DNA from: an uncultured Thiomicrospira sp.
GTDB lineage: Bacteria; Pseudomonadota; Gammaproteobacteria; CAKMZV01
Length of the DNA stretch: 64,000 bases
Assembly: GCA_965195345.1 (NCBI GenBank)
Contig: OZ239628.1
Span: 1,152,001 to 1,216,000, forward strand
Direction: 5' to 3'
Shown: one piece after another, positions 37,233 through 47,330 of the stretch
Layout: the number at the start of each line of letters is the position of its first letter
Numbering within the stretch: the first letter of the stretch is position 1
The notes under the pieces: generated by a model
Seen by the model: only the letters and a program-made list of their open reading frames with translations
Told to the model about the DNA's origin: nothing
Databases searched by the model: none
Program-made: the position numbers and the translations under genes

Positions 37233-38377
37233 CTTCGTTTTTCAATGGGTAAGTATTTTCTTTGATCGTATCCTTTGTATATTTGTGTAGGTCGGAAAAT
37301 ACGGTTGTGAGAAACTTGCTCAAGGTAGTGTGCTAACCATCCAGCTGTACGTGCAACTGCAAAAATAGGAGTAAATAATGCGGGGCGCAGTCCCATTTCT
37401 CTATACAAAATACCCGAATAGAAATCAACATTTGGATAAACGCCTTTTTCACCAAGAATTCTTTCACAAACTTGTTCTACTTTAATGGCAATTTCCAATT
37501 GCTTAGATACTTTTTTCTTTTTAGAGATTAATTCTTCAACCATAGTTTGAAGAATTTTTGCGCGAGGGTCTTTCGTTTTGTATTCTCTATGCCCCATTCC
37601 CCAGATAACTTGCTTGTTTTTGATTCTATTTTGAATGTATTTCTCAACATTACTCAAATCACCAATTTCTTCAATCATATCAACGACTGCTCTGTTCGCT
37701 CCACCATGTAAAGGACCCGAGAGTGATGCAACAGCAGCGGCTATTACCGAACAAGGATTGGCTAATGTAGAAGCCGTGACCATTGCTGTGAAAGTTGAAG
37801 CATTGATTGTGTGCTCTGCATGCAGTATAAAGCAAACATCTAAAATGCGCGCTAGAATAGGATCGGGTTCATCTCCTGTTACTGTATAGAGGAAATTTTC
37901 CGCATAAGTGCTGTCGTATAGTGGACTAATGGCTCGATAACCTTTGCGTGTTTGTTCCCACATTGCTACTAATGTTCCAACATGCGAAAGAATGGTTACG
38001 GCGCTTTGATATTTTTGTTCATCGGAATAATCACCTTCATCTGAAACGTTAGTGCTTGGAAAGAAACTGGATAAGCAGGTAATGCCTATTTGCAAGGCAT
38101 GCATTGGATGCGTAGAATCAGGAAGTCTTTGTAATATCTTTTCAATATTGAATTTTATGCGTCTTTGAGAAATCAAGTCTTTTTTGAACGACTTAAGCTT
38201 TTCTTTATTAGGCAGTTCACCATCAAGCAATAATAACGCTGTTTCAGTAAAGTGACTGTGCTTCGTTAATTCTTCAATTGGATATCCTCGGTAAAAAAGA
38301 ATTCCTTTCTCTCCGTCAATAGATGAAATTGATGATTCTGTTGCAGGTACGCCTGCTAGTCCTGGTATGTAATCCAT
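37229..38377 (-). CDS. gltA: Citrate synthase (short type)
   Basis: HAEHTINASTF, GPLHGGAN, GMGHREYK, YPNVDFYSG. Confidence 0.92.
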   Translation of the reverse strand: MDYIPGLAGVPATESSISSIDGEKGILFYRGYPIEELTKHSHFTETALLLLDGELPNKEKLKSFKKDLISQRRIKFNIEKILQRLPDSTHPMHALQIGITCLSSFFPSTNVSDEGDYSDEQKYQSAVTILSHVGTLVAMWEQTRKGYRAISPLYDSTYAENFLYTVTGDEPDPILARILDVCFILHAEHTINASTFTAMVTASTLANPCSVIAAAVASLSGPLHGGANRAVVDMIEEIGDLSNVEKYIQNRIKNKQVIWGMGHREYKTKDPRAKILQTMVEELISKKKKVSKQLEIAIKVEQVCERILGEKGVYPNVDFYSGILYREMGLRPALFTPIFAVARTAGWLAHYLEQVSHNRIFRPTQIYKGYDQRKYLPIEKRS

Positions 38378-38417
38378 GTTTAATTCCTTAACTCAGATGT
38401 CTCAACGAAGTATAAAG

Positions 38418-38750
38418 CTATACGCTAAAGGAAGATCCGCAACCGCATGTAGTAGACGCATTAGGATTGTCTATGATAAATCGGGCACCCTGTAAATCTT
38501 CAAGATAATCGATTTTAGCGCCTTCAAGATACTGAACACTCATTGAATCAACTAATAAAATGACCCCTTGATTTTGAACTACGGTGTCATCATCCAACTG
38601 GTTTTCATCGAATGTGAATCCATATTGAAACCCTGAACAACCGCCTCCTGTAATGTAAACACGTAGTTTTAAATTGTCATTATTTTCATCTTTGATTAGA
38701 CCACCAACCTTAACTGCAGCGGAATCACTAAAATGTAATACGTTTTCCAT
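38418..38750 (-). CDS. erpA: Fe-S cluster insertion protein ErpA
   Basis: [24 protein letters not shown]. Confidence 0.95.
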   Translation of the reverse strand: MENVLHFSDSAAVKVGGLIKDENNDNLKLRVYITGGGCSGFQYGFTFDENQLDDDTVVQNQGVILLVDSMSVQYLEGAKIDYLEDLQGARFIIDNPNASTTCGCGSSFSV

Positions 38751-39112
38751 AAACAAAACCAAGAGAATTTATATAAATGTAATAGTCCTGCAATTATACT
38801 ACGGAGCAAAAGCACATATCATTTATTGTCAAGCATAATTAACAAAATGCCAAAAAAACGCTTTTACTGCTTTGATTTATTGTTTTCTCCACAAATTTTT
38901 CATGATTAGAACAGCATCATGAAAACGTGAAAATATATAAATTGAATGTTGATTATAGTCTTATGAGTATAATGCTTTGTTGATATAGTAGTTTAAGTTG
39001 CAAGGAGCATGCTTAGATTGCATATATTTAAACATCGGCATGTTGAAATTTAAATTGGGATATCTTACTCTAAGCAGGGCTTTCTAAAACAGAACACATC
39101 TGGAAAATCATT

Positions 39113-40540
39113 ATGAAAAAATACTCTTCGCATCTCACATTATTATTAATATCGTTGTTAGCAGCAACACTAACAGGTTGCGGAAGTAGTGATAACGGTG
39201 ACGTTGGCGACAGTAGCTCAAACAATAGTTTAGGCGTCATTTATACGTCTACGAATGATCCTTCTGGTAATAGTGTAATTGCTCTAAACCGATTTTCTGA
39301 TGGCACGCTAAACGAACTTCAAACCACTTTTACAGGAGGGGTTGGCGATGCCGATGATGGAGATTTTGATGGACAGTGGTCTCTTCGTTTAATTGACATC
39401 GGCGCTCGAAGATTTTTGTTAGCGGTTAACGCAGGAGATCATGAACAAAGTGGCATTACTACTGGGAACGGCTCTATTACTGTTTTTGAAGCAAACGTCA
39501 CCAATGGAAGACTTACTCGCGTAGGCGTTTATGATTCAGGTGGTGTACGACCTGTGAGCATTGCCTATACAACCACTAATAATCAGACATGGGTTTTTAT
39601 TGGCAATCAGCTAAGCAACCCTGCTTGTACGAGCTCTACACCAACTACTTTTATGGAGTGTGGTATTAATTTCACAGATTTAGCGACAAGCTCTCAAAAC
39701 AGAAATATTACTGCGTTCTTGATGGATAGCGTTTCAGGTGCTTTAAGCAACCAACAAGTACTGAAAACATTCAGTGGTTTAAATGGAGGGGTTTCCCAGC
39801 TTGATGTGAAAGACAACATTCTTGCAGCGACGCTTTGGGGGGTTCCTCAATTTGGTGTAACTTCACCGACACTGACGAATAATGACACCACGGGAATAAG
39901 CACTGTAGAATTTTATAACATTGCTGTAAGTGGAGTTACTCTTACGCTAACCTCTCGTGCACAGTATAAACGTGCAGGAGTTTCTGGCAGTATTGGTTTT
40001 GAATGGGATCGGCGTTCTTCTGTCTCCGATGACAGAGTATTTGTTTCAAACTTTAATCTTAGCGTTGAACGCAGAGATCAAAGCGTTAGCGTGATTTCAG
40101 TGAGCAGCACTGCTGCAACTTTAACTGGATTTTCTGGAACAAATGGAGACAATGACGAAGCGTGTTGGGTATTGGCAAACAACGACAACATCTATGTCGC
40201 CAGTTTTGGAGGGAATATTGTTTCTGTCTTTGATGTTGCTTCAGATGGTACATTAAGTCCTCGTCAGATATCAGGGAGAGAAATAAACATACCTGCGGGT
40301 ATCGGGGACAACAAAGACATGTATATAGCTGGCAACTATTTTTATTTGTCTGGGGCATTGAATACACACCGCATACTAACGTATTCATTAGAATCCAATG
40401 GTCTTCTAAGTGTACCGCGGAACGTTTATACACCAGTTATTTCAAGGTCTTCGACTCAAACTGAAACTATTCCAGCAATGTTCTCAACCTTTCCTTTGAC
40501 TGAACAAGCATATCTTGGACTAGTAGGGTTTGATTTTTAG
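39113..40540 (+). CDS. Lipoprotein with beta-propeller (lactonase-like) fold
   Basis: Lipobox LTGC; repeated blades (LLAVNAG, SGGVRPVSIA, ACWV, YVASFG). Confidence 0.7.
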   Translation: MKKYSSHLTLLLISLLAATLTGCGSSDNGDVGDSSSNNSLGVIYTSTNDPSGNSVIALNRFSDGTLNELQTTFTGGVGDADDGDFDGQWSLRLIDIGARRFLLAVNAGDHEQSGITTGNGSITVFEANVTNGRLTRVGVYDSGGVRPVSIAYTTTNNQTWVFIGNQLSNPACTSSTPTTFMECGINFTDLATSSQNRNITAFLMDSVSGALSNQQVLKTFSGLNGGVSQLDVKDNILAATLWGVPQFGVTSPTLTNNDTTGISTVEFYNIAVSGVTLTLTSRAQYKRAGVSGSIGFEWDRRSSVSDDRVFVSNFNLSVERRDQSVSVISVSSTAATLTGFSGTNGDNDEACWVLANNDNIYVASFGGNIVSVFDVASDGTLSPRQISGREINIPAGIGDNKDMYIAGNYFYLSGALNTHRILTYSLESNGLLSVPRNVYTPVISRSSTQTETIPAMFSTFPLTEQAYLGLVGFDF

Positions 40541-40699
40541 CGTTTAATTGATCCTCTTGGTTCTTGAATTGGTGAATGACAACGTCTTAATTCAACGAAA
40601 AATAAAAGTCTATTAGTGCCCTTCTAATGTTTCTACGCAATGCTATACTTCTAATATTCAAATACCTATCTCTATCGGTCATAACCCTTTGCATTCATA

Positions 40700-43600
40700 A
40701 TGTCCAACAATACACTAACTAAGCTAAGACAAAATTTGCGCTTGCTCACCCATGCTGATGAGAAAAAATGTGTTGAGTATTTATTAGACCAATCTAATTT
40801 AAAAAGCAGTGATCGCAAAAATATTTTAAAAAACGCTCGTTCTTTGGTTGTTAGTTGTCGCAAAAACAAACATGACAGTGACTTACTCAGCACTTTTTTG
40901 CAAGAGTTCGGTTTGTCTAATAAAGAAGGCGTTGCGCTGATGTGTTTGGCTGAATCTTTATTACGAATCCCTGATGAGTCTACAGCGAATAAACTTATTG
41001 AAGAAAAAATAGCAACGGCAGATTGGTCCTCCCATCAAGGCAACTCAAGTTCAACGTTTGTCAATGCAACTGTGTGGGGATTAATGTTGACTGGTGGGAT
41101 TGTTAAACTTGACAAAAAAGTAACTTCAAACCCTAGTCAATGGCTTGCCAAAGTAACAAAAAAAACTGGTGAACCTATTATTCGTCAGGCAATGTTGCAA
41201 GCTATGCGTATTATGGGCGGGCAGTATGTACTTGGAAGGCACATCAAGGAAGGGATTAAAAGAGGCGTTGCGAATAATAAAACCGACACAAGATTTTCTT
41301 TTGACATGCTCGGCGAAGGTGCACGTACTTACGAAGATGCACAAAACTATTACGATGCATATCGTGATGCCATTGAAGTTATCGCTGAAAATCCCAATAG
41401 GGAAACGGAGAATGACGTATATCACAACAACGGAATTTCCATAAAACTATCAGCATTACATCCTCGCTACGAGTATGGACAAGAATCTAAAGTATTTGAA
41501 GAATTATTACCTAAAGTAAAAGAACTTGCCTTACTTGCTAAAAAGCATCATTTGGGGCTCAGCATTGATGCTGAAGAAGCTGAACGATTAGACTTATCTC
41601 TTGACTTATTTGCGGAGTTGGCGACGGATAGTGAATTATCTGACTGGAACGGGTTAGGCTTTGTTTTACAAGCCTATCAGAAGCGGGCTGTTGCTGTTGT
41701 TGAGTGGTTGATTGAATTGGCGAACCAATCCCAAAGAAAGTTGATGATTCGCTTAGTCAAAGGAGCATATTGGGATGCTGAAATAAAAAACGCGCAAGAA
41801 CAAGGATTGACTGATTATCCTGTATTTACATGCAAAGTAAATACTGATCTTTCTTATCAAATTTGTGCTGAGAAATTGTTGCATGCGAGTGATCGTATAT
41901 TCCCTCAATTTGCTACGCATAATGCTTATAGTGTAGTGCTTGTTATGCACTTAGCATCTCTTTACAATTGCTCTTCACAGCAGTTTGAATATCAACGTTT
42001 ACATGGTATGGGTGACTTGTTGTATAAGCAGTTTAGTTCATTACACTCTGATTTTAAATATCAGATGCGTGTCTACGCTCCTGTTGGAAAACATAAGGAT
42101 TTACTCCCATATTTGGTTCGAAGACTCTTAGAAAATGGTGCAAATAGCTCTTTTGTTAATCGATTTTTAGACGCCAAGGTTCCAGTAGAAGAACTTATAC
42201 TTGATCCTATTGAATTAATCAAATCTTCACAATTAAACCGTCATTCAAAAATTCCCATCCCAGTCAATTTATATCGCTTTCAAAATGATTTGAGAGACAA
42301 CTCGCGCGGGATTGATCTGCATTGTCCTTTATCGATACCATCATTGATGAACGACATCAAACAAGATTGTTATGCTGGCAGCATTACACATGCAACTGCG
42401 CAAGACGCCCTCTATGCCTTATCTGTCGTCAGCGATGCGCAGAAAAGCTGGGATGATTTAGGCGTTGAGAATCGTGCTCAATTGTTGTTGCAAGCAGGTC
42501 AGTTGCTTGAAGATAATACTCAAAAATTGATCAGCATAATAGTCAGTGAAGCACATCGCACGATTGATGATGCTCTTTCGGAAGTTAGGGAAGCCGTCGA
42601 TTTTTGCCGCTATTATGCTGTACAAGCACAATCAATGATGCTTGAGAGCACTATGTCAGGACCAACGGGAGAGCTGAATCAATTGTCATTGCATGGCAAA
42701 GGGACATTTTTATGCATCAGCCCTTGGAATTTCCCATTAGCAATTTTTGTTGGGCAGGTTAGCGCTGCTTTGATTACTGGTAATACTGTACTTGCTAAGC
42801 CCGCTGAGCAAACACCATGCGTAGCGGATTTTGCCGTTAAATTATTTCATCAGGCGGGGATTCCCAAAGAAGTATTGGTTTTTTTACCGGGTGAAGGAGC
42901 TGAATTAGCAAATGCCCTTCTACCCGATGAACGACTGGCAGGTGTTGCCTTTACAGGTTCTAATGACACAGCTATAAGAATTAATAAAAATTTAGCAAAG
43001 CGCACACAATCGATCGCTACTCTTATTGCTGAAACAGGTGGAATAAACTGTATGATTGCTGATTCAACATCATTGATAGAGCAGTTAGTAGATGACATTA
43101 TTCAATCTGCTTTTAAGAGCGCTGGGCAAAGATGTTCTGCTTTACGAGTATTGTTTATTCAAAATGATATAGCGGATAAAACGATAAATATGCTTGCCGG
43201 TGCAATGAATGCGCTTACTATCGGAGATCCTGCTGAATTATCAACTGACATTGGTCCCGTTATTGATGCTCAGGCGGCTCAGAAATTGACAGCATATATA
43301 GAAAAAATGACTGTTGAATCAAAACTTGTTGCGCAATGCACGTTAACCAGAGAACAAAATGCCGCTAATTATGTCGCACCAACTGTTTTTGAAATTGATC
43401 GTCTTGAACAATTATCAGGTGAAGTATTTGGGCCAGTTTTGCATGTGATTCGCTATAAAAACAATGAATTAGAACAAGTAATCGATAGCATCAACAATAG
43501 CGGTTATGGATTAACTTTAGGTATCCATAGTCGCATAGAAAGTTTTGCCGAATCGATTTTCAGAAAAACAAAAGTAGGAAACACTTATATAAATCGCAAT

Positions 43601-43771
43601 ATCATTGGCGCAGTGGTAGGTGTAAATCCATTTGGAGGAAACAAACTATCTGGAACAGGTCCAAAAGCAGGAGGACCAAATTATTTAGTGCGCTTTGTTA
43701 CGGAGAAGACCCGAACTGAAAATTTAATTGCGAAAGGAGGAAATATAGAGTTATTTGGTTTGGTAGATTGA
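40700..43771 (+). CDS. putA: Bifunctional proline dehydrogenase / P5C dehydrogenase
   Basis: SFDMLGE, RLVKGAYWD, YLVRRLLENGANSSF, ETGG, SAGQRCSALR. Confidence 0.97.
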   Translation: MSNNTLTKLRQNLRLLTHADEKKCVEYLLDQSNLKSSDRKNILKNARSLVVSCRKNKHDSDLLSTFLQEFGLSNKEGVALMCLAESLLRIPDESTANKLIEEKIATADWSSHQGNSSSTFVNATVWGLMLTGGIVKLDKKVTSNPSQWLAKVTKKTGEPIIRQAMLQAMRIMGGQYVLGRHIKEGIKRGVANNKTDTRFSFDMLGEGARTYEDAQNYYDAYRDAIEVIAENPNRETENDVYHNNGISIKLSALHPRYEYGQESKVFEELLPKVKELALLAKKHHLGLSIDAEEAERLDLSLDLFAELATDSELSDWNGLGFVLQAYQKRAVAVVEWLIELANQSQRKLMIRLVKGAYWDAEIKNAQEQGLTDYPVFTCKVNTDLSYQICAEKLLHASDRIFPQFATHNAYSVVLVMHLASLYNCSSQQFEYQRLHGMGDLLYKQFSSLHSDFKYQMRVYAPVGKHKDLLPYLVRRLLENGANSSFVNRFLDAKVPVEELILDPIELIKSSQLNRHSKIPIPVNLYRFQNDLRDNSRGIDLHCPLSIPSLMNDIKQDCYAGSITHATAQDALYALSVVSDAQKSWDDLGVENRAQLLLQAGQLLEDNTQKLISIIVSEAHRTIDDALSEVREAVDFCRYYAVQAQSMMLESTMSGPTGELNQLSLHGKGTFLCISPWNFPLAIFVGQVSAALITGNTVLAKPAEQTPCVADFAVKLFHQAGIPKEVLVFLPGEGAELANALLPDERLAGVAFTGSNDTAIRINKNLAKRTQSIATLIAETGGINCMIADSTSLIEQLVDDIIQSAFKSAGQRCSALRVLFIQNDIADKTINMLAGAMNALTIGDPAELSTDIGPVIDAQAAQKLTAYIEKMTVESKLVAQCTLTREQNAANYVAPTVFEIDRLEQLSGEVFGPVLHVIRYKNNELEQVIDSINNSGYGLTLGIHSRIESFAESIFRKTKVGNTYINRNIIGAVVGVNPFGGNKLSGTGPKAGGPNYLVRFVTEKTRTENLIAKGGNIELFGLVD

Positions 43772-44353
43772 TTATTCCAATGGCGTTCGCGCATATATTA
43801 ACAGTTTTTTTTGTACAATGGTATGACACGTTTTACATAGATTCTGACATCTGAACATTAGTGCCACATTGCTGGAGATAATAGATTGACTGCTAATTAT
43901 TTACTAAATACTCTTCTTACTCGTTACTACAATAGTGCGCAATTTTTCACAAACACAGTAGATAAACTGTTCACTTCTATTCGGCAAATGATTGAATACT
44001 ATGCCCAGTTAATGAAAAAGGCTGATTTCTTTATCTTCAGACTGTTTCATTTAAAAAAACGCATTGTTGTATGCTTTGAGCTTTCTAAAGATAAGTACAA
44101 AGCAAGGCTCAGTTTGAAATATTGTGTTGTGATTTCTTTAAATAGAATGCTTGACGAAGAAGAGATAAGAGAACAGCAAAACGCCCTCTCTTTTAATATT
44201 TACCTCAATGCTTGAAAAAGTTCTAATTTGATGAATAGTTTTGAGTCAATTTAAGAAGTCTTTTGTAGCCGTCAAAATGCGCGTGAAAATAGTGCTACTT
44301 GGGCGATATTCAAATCTGCTTCTAAAGAATTTTGATAATGGGAAAGGAAAATT

Positions 44354-45802
44354 ATGATTGATCATTTAAACACGCAATTGTTTATCAACAATGAATGGTA
44401 CACTCCAAGTAATAGTAAAAAAATAATATCCATTAACCCTTCTGATGAAAGTGTTATTGGCGAGGTTATATGTGGTGGGGCTGATGAAATTGACTTGGCG
44501 GTTGACAGTGCGCGCTTAGCATTTGAGAACGTATGGAGCAAAGCCAACCCATGGGATCGAGGACGTGTATTGATGCGTATTTCAACACTTATCCTTGAGC
44601 GCATTGATGCTTTAACTGAGTTGGAAATGTTAGAAACTGGCAAACCACGTTTATTTGCACGTTCAGCAATGCAACAAGTCGCAAGATATTTCGAATTTTA
44701 TAGTGGTGTTGCCGATAAAATTCAAGGGACAACTATTCCTGTTGGTGAAGGTTATCTTGATTTTACCTTGCGTGAAGCGGTGGGAGTAACGGCACACATC
44801 ATTCCATGGAATGTCCCGCTTAACATGTTAGCCAGAGGGGTTGCTCCTGCTTTAGCAGCAGGTTGCACAGCAGTTGTTAAACCTGCTGAATTAACGCCAA
44901 TGACATCATTGATGCTTGCCGATATTTTAAAAGATGCTGGAGTGCCAGCAGGTGTTGTAAATATTATAAATGGGTATGGTGCGGAAGCTGGAGCCGCTCT
45001 TGCCGCACACCCTGGAATTGACGCCCTTATTTTCACTGGATCGGTTGCAACCGGTAGCGCTATTATGAAAGCTTGCGCAGAACATATAACTCCTCTCGTG
45101 CTTGAATTGGGTGGCAAATCACCGCTATTGGTATTTGACGATGCAGATCCAAAAGTTATTGCTGAAGAAGCTATAAAAGGCATCTATTCTAATACTGGTC
45201 AATACTGTGATGCCGGATCAAGATTATTGGTTTCAAAAAAGATACACGACAATGTTGTTGAATGCTTGTTTGAAAAAACAAAAAAAATAACAACGGGTTT
45301 GCCAGAAGACAGCGTTGATATGGGACCCTTGATATCTGCTTCTCAGCATGCAAAAGTTTTTGATTTTATAAAATCTGGGATTGCCGAAGGTGCTGAGCTT
45401 GTTCATGGTGGCAAACGTCCTGAGCATCTGAATAAAGGATATTTTATAGAACCGACTATCTTTACTAATGTTAATCAACAGGCGAGCATTGCACAAGAAG
45501 AGATATTTGGGCCTGTATTGGCGGTGTTCGATTTCGATGATGAGGAGCAGGCTTTAACTATGGCTAATGACACTAAATTTGGTTTGGCTGCTGGAGTTTT
45601 TACTAAAGACATTGATCGTGCTTTGCGACTATCAAAAAAAATACAAGCAGGCACTATTTATGTTAATGAATATTTTTCTGGTGAAATGGCCTCTCCTTTT
45701 GGAGGGATGAAAAAAAGCGGAATAGGACGAGAGCGCGGGCTTGAAACATTGGCTAATTACACACAAGTGAAAAATGTTATCATCCGTGTATCGAACGATT
45801 GA
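44354..45802 (+). CDS. NAD-dependent aldehyde dehydrogenase
   Basis: IIPWN, FTGS, LELGGKSP, GQYC, EEIFGPV. Confidence 0.95.
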   Translation: MIDHLNTQLFINNEWYTPSNSKKIISINPSDESVIGEVICGGADEIDLAVDSARLAFENVWSKANPWDRGRVLMRISTLILERIDALTELEMLETGKPRLFARSAMQQVARYFEFYSGVADKIQGTTIPVGEGYLDFTLREAVGVTAHIIPWNVPLNMLARGVAPALAAGCTAVVKPAELTPMTSLMLADILKDAGVPAGVVNIINGYGAEAGAALAAHPGIDALIFTGSVATGSAIMKACAEHITPLVLELGGKSPLLVFDDADPKVIAEEAIKGIYSNTGQYCDAGSRLLVSKKIHDNVVECLFEKTKKITTGLPEDSVDMGPLISASQHAKVFDFIKSGIAEGAELVHGGKRPEHLNKGYFIEPTIFTNVNQQASIAQEEIFGPVLAVFDFDDEEQALTMANDTKFGLAAGVFTKDIDRALRLSKKIQAGTIYVNEYFSGEMASPFGGMKKSGIGRERGLETLANYTQVKNVIIRVSND

Positions 45803-45818
45803 ATAAACTTGCCATCCA

Positions 45819-46745
45819 ATGAAAAAAATATTAGTCAGCGTTGGTATTCTTCAAAATGATGCTCAATACTTAATTGCTCTTAGGCAAGATGGTAAAGAGT
45901 TATCGGGTTATTGGGAGTTTCCCGGAGGGAAACAAGAGGCGGGTGAATCCCCTTTAGATGCGCTTACACGAGAGTTGAAAGAAGAGATTAATATCATCGT
46001 TGAGCATGCTACGCTTTTCAAAGAGTTCAGTTGGGTTTACAACGATAAAGAAATACACCTGACATTTTTTCATGTGCATTCCTACAAAGGGCAGCCACAT
46101 GCTAATGAAAGTCAAAAAATCAAATGGGTCTATCCTGAAGAATTGCGTACTTATAAATTTCCTGAAGCCAATAGATACGCTATAAACCTATTAACTTTGC
46201 CTAATAGTATCGTCATCACTCCTGATTGCAATGAGATGAACACCTGGATGCAAAGAGTAAAAATGCACCTTGCCAATCAAAATACTATATTACGACTGAG
46301 GTTTTCTAATCGTCTTGCCCCCACAAGTCAGCAATTATCAGAAATTGTTGAGTTAAGTGCTCAAAGTAAAAGTTATGTGATGTTCGATCCCAATGATTTT
46401 GAATACATCATCCCTACTCCCTATACAGGAATTCATTTGAATCGCCATCAAACAATGCGTTTCATGCGATCAGACAATCATGAATTGATTTTGGGAGCAT
46501 CCGTGCATAATGAAGACGAACTAGAGAAAGCGTTGAGATTAGGCGTTGACTATGTCATGATATCACCCGTACTTCCCACGCAGACACACCCTGACGCTGA
46601 AGGAATTGGGTGGCAAAGGTTTTCAAATATTATTGGTAATACTAAAATACTGTGTTATGCGCTTGGAGGAATGACGCCGTCCATGATGGAAATTGCTCAA
46701 GACAACAACGCTCACGGCATTGCTGGATTGAGAGGTTTTTGGTAA
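45819..46745 (+). CDS. Nudix hydrolase (MutT-like) fused to a thiamine-phosphate-synthase-like domain
   Basis: WEFPGGKQEAGE...RELKEE; C-terminal ASVHN, SPVLPTQTHP, YALGG. Confidence 0.9.
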   Translation: MKKILVSVGILQNDAQYLIALRQDGKELSGYWEFPGGKQEAGESPLDALTRELKEEINIIVEHATLFKEFSWVYNDKEIHLTFFHVHSYKGQPHANESQKIKWVYPEELRTYKFPEANRYAINLLTLPNSIVITPDCNEMNTWMQRVKMHLANQNTILRLRFSNRLAPTSQQLSEIVELSAQSKSYVMFDPNDFEYIIPTPYTGIHLNRHQTMRFMRSDNHELILGASVHNEDELEKALRLGVDYVMISPVLPTQTHPDAEGIGWQRFSNIIGNTKILCYALGGMTPSMMEIAQDNNAHGIAGLRGFW

Positions 46746-46777
46746 ACTATTTTGGCGCGCTGTATTAGTAAGTAGTA

Positions 46778-47047
46778 CTAACAGTTTCTGTTTTCTATGA
46801 CCAAATTGTTATTTTGAGCAAAACGGATAATATGCTGGTACAGACCAGGGCTTTCACTGTCTAATTTATCACACACGAAAAGACATTTTTTTCCATCAAC
46901 CACCTCTGGGTGCATGTGAGGGGAAAATACGAGTCGATTTAGTTTATAGTTTGCTCCAAGCGAAGCCATACGATCAATCCAGTCACTTGGTCTGAATGTT
47001 TTTCCCTCAGTGGTTTCGCTACGGATGATATAAGCGTTACTCATCAC
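46778..47047 (-). CDS. DUF3579 family protein
   Basis: GKTFRPSDW...FAQNNNL. Confidence 0.8.
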   Translation of the reverse strand: MMSNAYIIRSETTEGKTFRPSDWIDRMASLGANYKLNRLVFSPHMHPEVVDGKKCLFVCDKLDSESPGLYQHIIRFAQNNNLVIENRNC

Positions 47048-47324
47048 CTTTGTTAAGTTGTGCGAGCATTCTTTTACTAAAACGAAAATGTGGAATACTA
47101 CGAGAGTTCAACACGAGTTTTTCGCCCGTCTTAGGATTTGTCGCGGAGCGACTCTCGTAATTTCTGAGGCTGAATGTTCCAAACCCACGAATTTCAATCC
47201 TATCACCTGCAACTAAAGCATCTGAAAGGGAATCTATCATAACTTTAACAGCCTCCTCTACATCTTTTTCAAATAATAAAGGAACTTGATGGGCTATGCG
47301 TTTTGCCAAATCAACTCGTATCAT
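47037..47324 (-). CDS. ihfB: Integration host factor beta subunit
   Basis: GDRIEIRGFGTF, NPKTGE; follows rpsA. Confidence 0.9.
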   Translation of the reverse strand: MIRVDLAKRIAHQVPLLFEKDVEEAVKVMIDSLSDALVAGDRIEIRGFGTFSLRNYESRSATNPKTGEKLVLNSRSIPHFRFSKRMLAQLNKGDE

Positions 47325-47330
47325 GTGTTT

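Noticed and set aside
43886-44215. 109-aa ORF between putA and the aldehyde dehydrogenase
   Set aside because: TTG start, no RBS or recognisable motif; likely chance in AT-rich intergenic DNA.
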